64,000 bases of DNA from a virus. The position numbers and the translations under genes were made by a program. A model generated the notes under the pieces. It searched no databases and was not told where the DNA came from. It saw only the letters and a program-made list of their open reading frames with translations. Where the stretch lies: the IMG/VR virus record IMGVR_UViG_3300043446_002337, positions 19,769 through 83,768 of that record; one strand, given 5' to 3'. Shown piece after piece: positions 40,774 to 49,096 of the stretch (position 1 is the first letter of the stretch; each line of letters opens with the position of its first letter).

Positions 40774-41770
40774 TTGGAAAGATAAAGTGGAATCCGAAAA
40801 AATTAATTTGAACATAGACAAGTCTAATTTCATAAAACAATCTTATAATGTCCATGTTACTAAAGACCACCCACACTATCCATGGCTTTTAGAAAAAAGA
40901 AATTGGAGAGTAGCGAATGATTATCCATGGAAAAAATCTCCATTAGAAAAACGCAAAGTTCAAGGTATTGCATTTTTAGGATGTTCTTTCACGTGGGGAC
41001 AAGGATTATATTTCTATAGTAACTTAGATTCGTTACGAGAACCAGAATATTGTCGTTATGATTCATTATTAGTTAAACCAAGTCATGTAAAATACGCAGA
41101 GTCAGTAAGGTTTAGTAGAACGGTAGCCAATCATTTTAACACATTTGATATGGCAGTACCGAGTAATGGAGGAACTAATCAAACAATAATTAGATGGTTT
41201 ATTGATGATGTACTGAACATACCAAACAGTTCAAACTTTGGTGGTACATACGCTCCGTGCGAATTCAGCGACTTTTCACACATAGTTTTTCAAATGACCG
41301 AATGGTCGCGCAAAAGATTTTATATAACTGTAGATGGTACACGATATGAGTTATTGAACAATAACCATAAACATGACACTAAAATCTCTTCTATATTTGA
41401 CAAGTTTTTATTAGAAAATGGTATTACTATTGATGAGTTTGAACAATTTATGGTTGAATCAAATTTTCAAGATGTAAAAGATTTTCTACAATTTGTTGAA
41501 CAAAATGGAGTAAAAACATATGTTATGACTTGGCCTGACGCATATGTATCATTAATAAAAAATGATGAATTTATGAATGAAAGGTTTATACAATTTTCTT
41601 ATAAAGATACACACTTTGATTCAATAACTGAGCTAATGAATCAACACAAGGAAATGGTCATCATGTATGATTATGAAGAATTTGTTGATACACCGAAAGA
41701 TATGCATCCGTCACTAAAATGTCATCAAGTCATAGCGAATTCAATTATCAAAAAAATGGAAAAGGTGTAA
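40766..41770 (+). CDS. SGNH/GDSL-like protein
   Basis: LGCSFTWGQG, NGGTN, DMHPS (DxH). Confidence 0.6.
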   Translation: MSNWKDKVESEKINLNIDKSNFIKQSYNVHVTKDHPHYPWLLEKRNWRVANDYPWKKSPLEKRKVQGIAFLGCSFTWGQGLYFYSNLDSLREPEYCRYDSLLVKPSHVKYAESVRFSRTVANHFNTFDMAVPSNGGTNQTIIRWFIDDVLNIPNSSNFGGTYAPCEFSDFSHIVFQMTEWSRKRFYITVDGTRYELLNNNHKHDTKISSIFDKFLLENGITIDEFEQFMVESNFQDVKDFLQFVEQNGVKTYVMTWPDAYVSLIKNDEFMNERFIQFSYKDTHFDSITELMNQHKEMVIMYDYEEFVDTPKDMHPSLKCHQVIANSIIKKMEKV

Positions 41771-41771
41771 T

Positions 41772-42311
41772 ATGAGTAAACCGAGCATGAGTCCTTATAA
41801 AGATTCTTTAACGGACATAATGACAACGTTAGCACAAGACGAAAATACTATATTTATCGGACAACAGATAGTATATGCCGGTAATCCTATGAGTACTACA
41901 CTAGGTAATGTACCCAAAGAAAAAATGATAGAAGTTCCCGTTATGGAAGAAACACAAATGGGAATGACGTTGGGGTTAGCTATAACTGGAAAAACTGTAG
42001 TTTCTTTTTACCCACGTTGGGATTTTATAGTTTCCGCAACAAATCAATTGGTAAATCATGTTGATAAGTATGAGTTAATGACCGGTAAAAAAGTTAATAT
42101 ATTAATTCGTTTAGGAAAGGGTAGTGATGTACCACTTGACCCAGGACACCAACACAAAAACGACTACCTCACAGAATTTTCTTCTATGTGTAAAAACATA
42201 ACGTTCCACAATTTATCAGATGTAACAAAAATAAAACCTGCATACCAATCTGCTATAGAAAACGGTGGCATACATATACTCGTAGAATATCCACAATTAT
42301 ATTTTGTATGA
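41772..42311 (+). CDS. ThDP-dependent enzyme, E1-beta/transketolase pyrimidine-binding subunit
   Basis: IFIGQ, EVPVMEE..MG..LGLA..G, DF....NQLVN, G.QH motifs; lacks C-terminal domain. Confidence 0.82.
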   Translation: MSKPSMSPYKDSLTDIMTTLAQDENTIFIGQQIVYAGNPMSTTLGNVPKEKMIEVPVMEETQMGMTLGLAITGKTVVSFYPRWDFIVSATNQLVNHVDKYELMTGKKVNILIRLGKGSDVPLDPGHQHKNDYLTEFSSMCKNITFHNLSDVTKIKPAYQSAIENGGIHILVEYPQLYFV

Positions 42312-43111
42312 AAAAGAAACTTCTAATAACACTAGGATGTTCGTTTACTGAGGGAGTGGGTTGTTATGACCCACTGTTATTAGATACAAATGGTAAACCT
42401 ATATACGACGAGGGGTTGGTTTACAATTCAAGTGTAGACAGATTTCATACATTAGGTTGGCCAGCTAAACTACAAAAAAAATTACAATATGATTGTTTGT
42501 GGAACCTAGGGCATGGGGCAGCTTCTAATTCTGAAAATGTTAAACGATGGACAGAGATATTCTCAACAAAAAAGATTTCAGACGAGTACGATGTATTAGT
42601 AATATGGATGCTTACATTTTCTGGTAGGATAAGTTTTTATAAAGATGGTAAAATTCGCAGTGTACTACCAGGAAGTAAAAATCCGACAGATGTAAATCAT
42701 ATCTTCTATAACAGTTATCTAAATTTTCTTGGAGATAACTTTAATAAAGATATGATACTAGAGATGTATTTTTATGTTAATATAATAAAAACAATATGTG
42801 AACTATCAAATTACAAGTTTTTATATATTAATACGAGTAATAGTGAAGGAAGAGATTTAGATTTACTAACAAAGAGCACCAACAGCTTAAACTTTGCATA
42901 CAAAACACTATATCCAGAATATAATAGTGTGTTAGATAGAAATGATTACGCAAAGTATTCTGCGTTTTGTGGTCACCCAAACGAAAATGGTTACGAACTT
43001 ATTGCAGAACGGTTATTCCAGATGATATTACACGAACACAAATATTTAGTAAACAATAATACACCAGAAACATACGACATGCTATATTTGGGAGAACCCA
43101 GACAGTGGTAA
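42308..43111 (+). CDS. SGNH/GDSL-like protein
   Basis: LGCSFTEGVG, NLG.GAASN, GHPNENGY..IA. Confidence 0.65.
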   Translation: MKKKLLITLGCSFTEGVGCYDPLLLDTNGKPIYDEGLVYNSSVDRFHTLGWPAKLQKKLQYDCLWNLGHGAASNSENVKRWTEIFSTKKISDEYDVLVIWMLTFSGRISFYKDGKIRSVLPGSKNPTDVNHIFYNSYLNFLGDNFNKDMILEMYFYVNIIKTICELSNYKFLYINTSNSEGRDLDLLTKSTNSLNFAYKTLYPEYNSVLDRNDYAKYSAFCGHPNENGYELIAERLFQMILHEHKYLVNNNTPETYDMLYLGEPRQW

Positions 43112-44556
43112 TTTGGGGAATTTCAGCAAATAGTCATGATGCTGCCATCACGGTGATTGAAGATAAAGAAATCTTGTTTGCATCACAATCCGAAAGATAC
43201 TCAGGTGTGAAGAATGATGCTCATTTAAATTCTGGTATTGTTATTGATGCAAAAAGATATGGAGAGCCAGATTTAGTTGTATGGTATGAAACACCATGGT
43301 TAAAATCATTACGACAACTACGGTCTGGTCAGGGGTGGATATCCAATAATGTTAGAAAATATCTAAATCAATATAACATCTCCGCACCATTTACTACTGT
43401 AGGTCATCATCACAGTCATGCAGCAGGAGGATACTACACCTCTAACTTTGATGAAGCCGCCATCTTGGTGATTGATGCCATTGGTGAGTTTGATACCACA
43501 ACCATTTGGTATGGAAAGGGAACCAAGTTGGAAAAGAAGTTTTCCATTAAATATCCTCATAGTTTGGGATTATGGTATTCTGCCATGACGCAACGTGTAG
43601 GATTGAAACCAAACGAAGAAGAATACATTCTCATGGGTATGGCGGCATATGGCGACCCATTTAAATATGCACCTACGATGTTAGAGGATTTCTTTGACAG
43701 TAAACATATGTTGAAGTTGAATCATAATCTTCATCGGGGATGTATGTGGTGGCGTCCTGAATTAAACACGGAACAGGACAAATATGATATTGCTGCCGCC
43801 ACACAATTCATCTATGAAATGATGTTCCATGATTTACTGGATGAAGCCAAGAAACTCACAGGAAGTAAAAACTTAGTGCTAGGCGGTGGGTGTGCCTTGA
43901 ATTGTGTCGCTAACAGCATCGCCTTTCAGTATTTTGAACGTGTCTGGATTATGCCAAACCCAGGTGATGCCGGAAATAGTTTAGGTGCTGTGTTGGGATA
44001 TACAAACGAACATATATCATTTATATCACCGTTTTTAGGATATGATATAAAAGGAGAATATCCAATAGAGGGATTGACTTCTGAGTTAAAAAATGTTAAA
44101 ATAGTAGGTGTAGCGAACGGGAAAGCGGAATTCGGTCCTAGAGCGTTGGGTAATCGTAGTTTATTAGCAGACCCACGTGGTACTGGAGTCAAGGATAAAG
44201 TAAATGAAATTAAACGTAGACAAAAATTCCGTCCGTTCGCCCCGTCTATCTTACAAGAACACGTACATGATTATTTCCATATCGTAACACCATATAGTCC
44301 ATACATGCAATTTGTTGCAACGTGTAAACGACCAGACGAATTTCCTGCAATTATTCATATAGATGGAACCTCGCGAGTACAGACGGTAACAGAGCAAGAT
44401 AATCCAGGATACTATCAATTACTGAAAGTTTGGTATGAAGAGACTGGATGTCCTATGTTACTAAACACTAGTTTGAATATTAAAGGTAAGCCAATTGTGA
44501 ATACGATAGATGATGCAAAAATGTTCCAGAACAAATATAATATAAAGGTATTATAA
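43105..44556 (+). CDS. Carbamoyltransferase (NodU/CmcH/TobZ family)
   Basis: HDAA, HHHSHAA, IDAIGE, MGMAAYG, GGCALNCVAN, EFGPRALGNRS, RPFAP, NTSLN. Confidence 0.93.
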   Translation: MVIWGISANSHDAAITVIEDKEILFASQSERYSGVKNDAHLNSGIVIDAKRYGEPDLVVWYETPWLKSLRQLRSGQGWISNNVRKYLNQYNISAPFTTVGHHHSHAAGGYYTSNFDEAAILVIDAIGEFDTTTIWYGKGTKLEKKFSIKYPHSLGLWYSAMTQRVGLKPNEEEYILMGMAAYGDPFKYAPTMLEDFFDSKHMLKLNHNLHRGCMWWRPELNTEQDKYDIAAATQFIYEMMFHDLLDEAKKLTGSKNLVLGGGCALNCVANSIAFQYFERVWIMPNPGDAGNSLGAVLGYTNEHISFISPFLGYDIKGEYPIEGLTSELKNVKIVGVANGKAEFGPRALGNRSLLADPRGTGVKDKVNEIKRRQKFRPFAPSILQEHVHDYFHIVTPYSPYMQFVATCKRPDEFPAIIHIDGTSRVQTVTEQDNPGYYQLLKVWYEETGCPMLLNTSLNIKGKPIVNTIDDAKMFQNKYNIKVL

Positions 44557-44792
44557 TGACGGTTCATATAAAGCGACACATAGCAAAAGCAATGTCCTAT
44601 CGGTTATTAGGAAGTTTACAAACTATAATAATAGGATACATATTAACTGGTAATGTGTATATATCATCTGCGGTAGGGCTCATAGAGTTAATAATTAAAC
44701 CAGTTATATACTTTATACATGAACGAGTGTGGTACAAGTATATACCATACGGAATTGAACATAACAACAAACAAAGAGGTTTACCATCATGA
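44556..44792 (+). CDS. DUF2061-like small membrane protein
   Basis: RHIAKA.SYR...K..IYFIHERVW. Confidence 0.75.
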   Translation: MTVHIKRHIAKAMSYRLLGSLQTIIIGYILTGNVYISSAVGLIELIIKPVIYFIHERVWYKYIPYGIEHNNKQRGLPS

Positions 44793-45205
44793 CACAAAGA
44801 AAATATTTACATACACTAGGCGACCTAGTGGACAGATTAAGTATCGTCCAACTTAAAGAAGTATTCATCCCAGAATATAAAAATGAGTATTCGCAAGAAA
44901 TTCAAGATATTGTACATGATATACAATTAATTTTAGACGAAACCTCAGGACAAATAACAGCAGAAACAATTCGTGCTATAGTAGTAGTATCTCAGATGAA
45001 TCTTCATATTTGGCATAATGAATCAAATTATCGTAGAGGTATAAAAGATGGTAATAACCTAGAACTTACCCACGGACTCAACGGTATCCGTAATACAGCA
45101 AAGAATGTCATTCAAGAAGTTGTTGGGGGAAGAAAAGATTATAAAGTTGATTGTTTAGCGGCAGACTTTAAAGATTGGGAAATAAGTTGGAATAAAAAAA
45201 ATTAG
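44789..45205 (+). CDS. Hypothetical helical protein
   Basis: GDLVDRLSI..LK and N..IW..E...R motifs; coupled to neighbours. Confidence 0.65.
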   Translation: MTQRKYLHTLGDLVDRLSIVQLKEVFIPEYKNEYSQEIQDIVHDIQLILDETSGQITAETIRAIVVVSQMNLHIWHNESNYRRGIKDGNNLELTHGLNGIRNTAKNVIQEVVGGRKDYKVDCLAADFKDWEISWNKKN

Positions 45206-45206
45206 T

Positions 45207-45644
45207 ATGAGAATTTTACTATTTGGATTGCCTGGTTCTGGAAAGACTACGTTAGCACAAGAACTAGTTAAGTTATTACCTAATACGGGACACTTAAACG
45301 CGGATACTATTCGTAAGACGTTTGACGATTGGGATTTTAGTCCAACTGGTAGAGAACGACAAGCAACACGTATGAGAACGATGGCGGATGACTTATTGGT
45401 AAATAACCATACTCAGTATGTGGTTGCAGATTTTGTTGCCCCAACCTCCGAATTGAGAGCTATTTACGAACCACATTTTGCTGTATGGATGGATACTATT
45501 ATGGTTGGTCGTTACGAAGATACTAACAAGGCGTGGAAAATACCGACCGAACAAGAATATCACTATAGAATTACCCAATTTAATCCCGTGCAAGAGGAGG
45601 CACAACGAGTATGCAATTTAATTCTAAATCACCCACGGGGTTGA
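45207..45644 (+). CDS. cysC: Adenylyl-sulfate kinase-like P-loop kinase
   Basis: GLPGSGKTTLA, LNAD.IR, DFS..GR.RQ, FVAPT. Confidence 0.72.
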   Translation: MRILLFGLPGSGKTTLAQELVKLLPNTGHLNADTIRKTFDDWDFSPTGRERQATRMRTMADDLLVNNHTQYVVADFVAPTSELRAIYEPHFAVWMDTIMVGRYEDTNKAWKIPTEQEYHYRITQFNPVQEEAQRVCNLILNHPRG

Positions 45645-45967
45645 TGATTGGACGGTTTCAACCGTGGCACAAGGGGCATCGTACTCTTTTTGAGAGGATT
45701 TTAGAGAAAGAGGGTCAAGTCTGTATAGTAATCCGTGACACACAAGGAACCAGCGATAAAGACCCTCTTGATGCCGAAACTGTGGTCACTAACATCCATC
45801 ACGACTTGGAAGCAGATTATTACGGAAAGTACACGATTCACGTACTACCAAATATTACGGGTGTATATTATGGTCGGGATGTGGGGTATAAGGTAGAAAA
45901 AATTGACTTAGACCCTCAAATTGAGTCCATTAGCGCAACCCAAATTCGGAAGGAAATGGGGTTATAA
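45611..45967 (+). CDS. HIGH-motif nucleotidyltransferase (cytidylyltransferase/NMNAT-like)
   Basis: GRFQPWHKGH and ISATQIR motifs. Confidence 0.82.
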   Translation: MQFNSKSPTGLMIGRFQPWHKGHRTLFERILEKEGQVCIVIRDTQGTSDKDPLDAETVVTNIHHDLEADYYGKYTIHVLPNITGVYYGRDVGYKVEKIDLDPQIESISATQIRKEMGL

Positions 45968-45981
45968 ATACTATTTATAAT

Positions 45982-46563
45982 ATGAGAGTAACTATACCTG
46001 AAGATTGTAAAAATATTAATGTATTGTTTTCTGGTGGGGTAGATAGTAGTTTACTGTTGTTTCTTTTGATGCAAGAACGGTTGGAAACAAAAAACCCAGT
46101 CCCAATTATGTGTTACAATATGTGGGTAGGGTACCAAGGAAATGTATCATTCGGAAAGGCGTACATTAAAGTATCAGAATGGATTTCTAATTATTTCAAT
46201 GAAAATATACCAGTACAGGTAATATCAAAGGTATATATTAGAGACGCGGTTTCTAACATTCTTTTAATCAACCCAGGATATGTATATACTGGATGTAACT
46301 TGGTGTTAGATAATAAGTTTACACCATCGGTATATCTGAGTGGTGATACACCACCAGTAAGGGGTCCCGCTCTAAATGAATTTCATTTACGACCATTTAT
46401 TGATATACCAAAAGATGTTATTATACAAGAATACAAAAGATTGAATATTTTGGAGTTATTAAAAATAACTGTTTCGTGTGGAGTTTCTGATACACCTTGC
46501 GGTGGATGTTATTTTTGTATGGAACGGCAGTGGGGTATTAAAGAGGCAGGAATCGTCATATAA
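45982..46563 (+). CDS. QueC-like PP-loop ATPase
   Basis: FSGGVDS, RPF...K, SC.....CGGCYFC.ER Zn motif. Confidence 0.75.
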   Translation: MRVTIPEDCKNINVLFSGGVDSSLLLFLLMQERLETKNPVPIMCYNMWVGYQGNVSFGKAYIKVSEWISNYFNENIPVQVISKVYIRDAVSNILLINPGYVYTGCNLVLDNKFTPSVYLSGDTPPVRGPALNEFHLRPFIDIPKDVIIQEYKRLNILELLKITVSCGVSDTPCGGCYFCMERQWGIKEAGIVI

Positions 46564-46574
46564 CAGAGTATAAT

Positions 46575-48119
46575 ATGAAATATAATGTAATTTACAACAA
46601 AAGTATAGATTTAAATACACTACGTTCTACACTAGAAGGAACAGGGGTCGTAGTGAATGATATATTTGAATCTATCGGAGTGATTAATCTTACCGCATCG
46701 GATACATCATTTTCTTCTATAGACGGTGTATTATCGTTTGAACTAGAACAAGAAATGACGATGGAACCGTGTGACGATTGGCATCTTCGTAGAATAAACA
46801 CTGCAGCATTACCCATCAGACCTATGTACTTACCTAAAAATACGGGAAACGGGTCCGTAGTATATCTTGTTGATACAGGAGTTGATACCACACACCCGGA
46901 GTTATCTGGTGCGAATGTGGTGAATCTTTGGAGTTATGATGGAACGTTTACCGATTCACTGGGGCATGGTACCGCGATGGCTAGTGTTATTGTTGGAAAC
47001 ACACTAGGTGTTGTTAAAGATTCCACAATAAAAGTAGTGAAAATACCATACGGTGCGGGAGTTACTAACACTACATTATTACAAGCATTTGATACTATAC
47101 TTACTGACCACTTATCAACACCATCAACGGTGAAGGTTGTTAACTGTTCTTGGGTAATTGCTAAGAGTCAAGTACTTGATACGAAAATCGCAGAACTACA
47201 AAGTAATGGGTTAGTGGTTGTGGCAGCAGCAGGTAATCAAGTACAAGCGGCAGATAACTATTCACCAGTTGGTCTTGATACAGTTATTGGTGTAGCTGCA
47301 GCAGACGCGTATGACAGAGTAATTAATTGGTCTACTGGTGTTGGAAGTAACTGGGGGCCTGAAGTAGATATCACTGCGCCTGGTATTGACATATCTTGTG
47401 CACAAAGTGATGGTACTATTGGTACATCCTCTGGTACTTCTTTAGCAGCGGCAATAGTATCTGGTGTTGTTGCGCAATTTGTAACACAAAATACAACAAT
47501 GACAGCAGCACAAATTCAAACCGCTGTTATTGACCATAGTAAAGAAGATTTATTGTTTAGAAACGAAGCAATATATGGAACAACTCCAAACCGTTTACTA
47601 CAATGTCTTTTCTTTGGTGGTATATTTACACAACCAAATATACTAAATGAAACAGATAAAATTTTTGTACAAAAAGGAACTACACAAACTTTTGCCATAG
47701 AAGTAGCAGGAAGTGCACCTGTCGCTAGATTAAGTATAGCGGAATTTCAAACAGGAAGAATTACTAGAATTCCTCCTAGTTGGGTAAGTTTAGATACTAC
47801 TACTAATATAATAACATTCTCGCCACCAGTAGAATTAGATACTAAAAAGTACATGGTATTTGTGGAGGCATTAAGTGCAGACGATATCCAAGTTGGATAT
47901 GTCAGATTTATTGTTCATGTATACACCGACTCACCCTCAGAATTGTCAACAGAAAACAAGCCTGAATATTATACAGCAAACCCAACAACTAATACAATTA
48001 TCCTTGCATTAGCATACTGTTATACAGGGTCTTGTCCATCCAATTGTTCTGGATTTGCTACTAAGGGTGGTGGTTTTTGCGCTTGTTCGTGGACATACGG
48101 AGCTTGTAATAGTTCATGA
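46575..48119 (+). CDS. S8 (subtilisin-like) serine protease with prodomain, Ig-like domain and Cys-rich tail
   Basis: VDTG (Asp), GHGT (His), AAGN (oxyanion Asn), SGTS (Ser). Confidence 0.9.
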   Translation: MKYNVIYNKSIDLNTLRSTLEGTGVVVNDIFESIGVINLTASDTSFSSIDGVLSFELEQEMTMEPCDDWHLRRINTAALPIRPMYLPKNTGNGSVVYLVDTGVDTTHPELSGANVVNLWSYDGTFTDSLGHGTAMASVIVGNTLGVVKDSTIKVVKIPYGAGVTNTTLLQAFDTILTDHLSTPSTVKVVNCSWVIAKSQVLDTKIAELQSNGLVVVAAAGNQVQAADNYSPVGLDTVIGVAAADAYDRVINWSTGVGSNWGPEVDITAPGIDISCAQSDGTIGTSSGTSLAAAIVSGVVAQFVTQNTTMTAAQIQTAVIDHSKEDLLFRNEAIYGTTPNRLLQCLFFGGIFTQPNILNETDKIFVQKGTTQTFAIEVAGSAPVARLSIAEFQTGRITRIPPSWVSLDTTTNIITFSPPVELDTKKYMVFVEALSADDIQVGYVRFIVHVYTDSPSELSTENKPEYYTANPTTNTIILALAYCYTGSCPSNCSGFATKGGGFCACSWTYGACNSS

Positions 48120-48787
48120 TTCTAACATCATTGGTTTCTGGTGAAAAATATTTTTGGATAAAAGTTCCGAGAACGGCGACTATCGCTTATAATGAATTGT
48201 TTTTGAGATACTACAAAGATGATGTTCTACGTTGTCAAACACATGACCCAGCTAAAGGAACATTACATATGCATTATTCATATGTAAGTTTATGTGAATT
48301 ATATAACCAAAAACTTTCTGGTGTTACTGTAGTACGTCATCCGTTCACTAGATTTGTATCGGGTTTACATCAATTAAAATTGTTATCATTGGAACACAAT
48401 TTTAAAGTTCCTTTCTTAGAATCTACGTCATCGTGTATAGAGTTTTTACAGAAACATTTTGGTAAAAATTGTAACACGTCTGCCGATATTCGTGATTTGA
48501 TTTTGGAAGCGGACCCAACAATGAGTATAGCGTTTTTTCATCTACAAATTTATTTCATGTATAATCCAAAAGTAACTTGGTTTAAATATGAATCCATACA
48601 TGATTTTAATGATTGGATTACTGAAAAGTTAGGGTACGATGTGAATTTATTGACCAGAACAAATGAGTCTAATAAAGAACTGTTATCCCATCTGGAGTTC
48701 ACCAATAGAGAATTTGTTGAAGTAGTAGAAAATATGTTTTATGATGATTACAAGTTTTTGAATTATCCATTTGAGTATACAAAGTAG
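48116..48787 (+). CDS. Sulfotransferase (Sulfotransfer_2-like)
   Basis: IKVPRTAT 5'-PSB motif, VRHPFTRFVSG 3'-PB motif, terminal Y.DD...LNY. Confidence 0.75.
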   Translation: MILTSLVSGEKYFWIKVPRTATIAYNELFLRYYKDDVLRCQTHDPAKGTLHMHYSYVSLCELYNQKLSGVTVVRHPFTRFVSGLHQLKLLSLEHNFKVPFLESTSSCIEFLQKHFGKNCNTSADIRDLILEADPTMSIAFFHLQIYFMYNPKVTWFKYESIHDFNDWITEKLGYDVNLLTRTNESNKELLSHLEFTNREFVEVVENMFYDDYKFLNYPFEYTK

Positions 48788-48799
48788 ATAGAGGGTTAT

Positions 48800-49039
48800 G
48801 TGAAAATACCTAACATATCGGAAATTATAATTGCGTGGCACAGGGCAGCGAACCCCACCCCAGAACAACAAGAAATTGCAGAACACCGTGCCCAAATATG
48901 CGATACCTGTGAACATAGAGAATTTAAAACTTTAGTTAGGACTTACGCGTGTGGAGCATGTGGATGCCCCATCCTGAAAAAAATATATAGTCCACTCCCA
49001 GGCCAAGAAGCTTGCCCCAAAGCTAAGTGGGATAAATAA
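48800..49039 (+). CDS. Small Cys-rich (Zn-binding-like) protein
   Basis: R..ICDTC...CGACGC..K......CP..KW; GTG start with GAGG SD. Confidence 0.7.
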   Translation: MKIPNISEIIIAWHRAANPTPEQQEIAEHRAQICDTCEHREFKTLVRTYACGACGCPILKKIYSPLPGQEACPKAKWDK

Positions 49040-49060
49040 CGTAATTTATTGTTATCTAGA

Positions 49061-49067
49061 TATTTAT
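49061..49067 (+). promoter_or_regulatory. Putative late promoter TATTTAT
   Basis: Recurrent motif, 29 nt upstream of ATG 49097. Confidence 0.6.
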
Positions 49068-49096
49068 AGTAGTACATTTTGGGGGTAAATTACGGT

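Noticed and set aside
29707-42311. Pyruvate dehydrogenase auxiliary metabolic genes
   Set aside because: Subunits are truncated, E2/E3 are absent from the window, and the context is nucleotide-sugar metabolism
45982-46563. 7-deazaguanine DNA modification pathway
   Set aside because: Only a short QueC-like gene is present; no FolE, QueD, QueE or DpdA recognisable in the window
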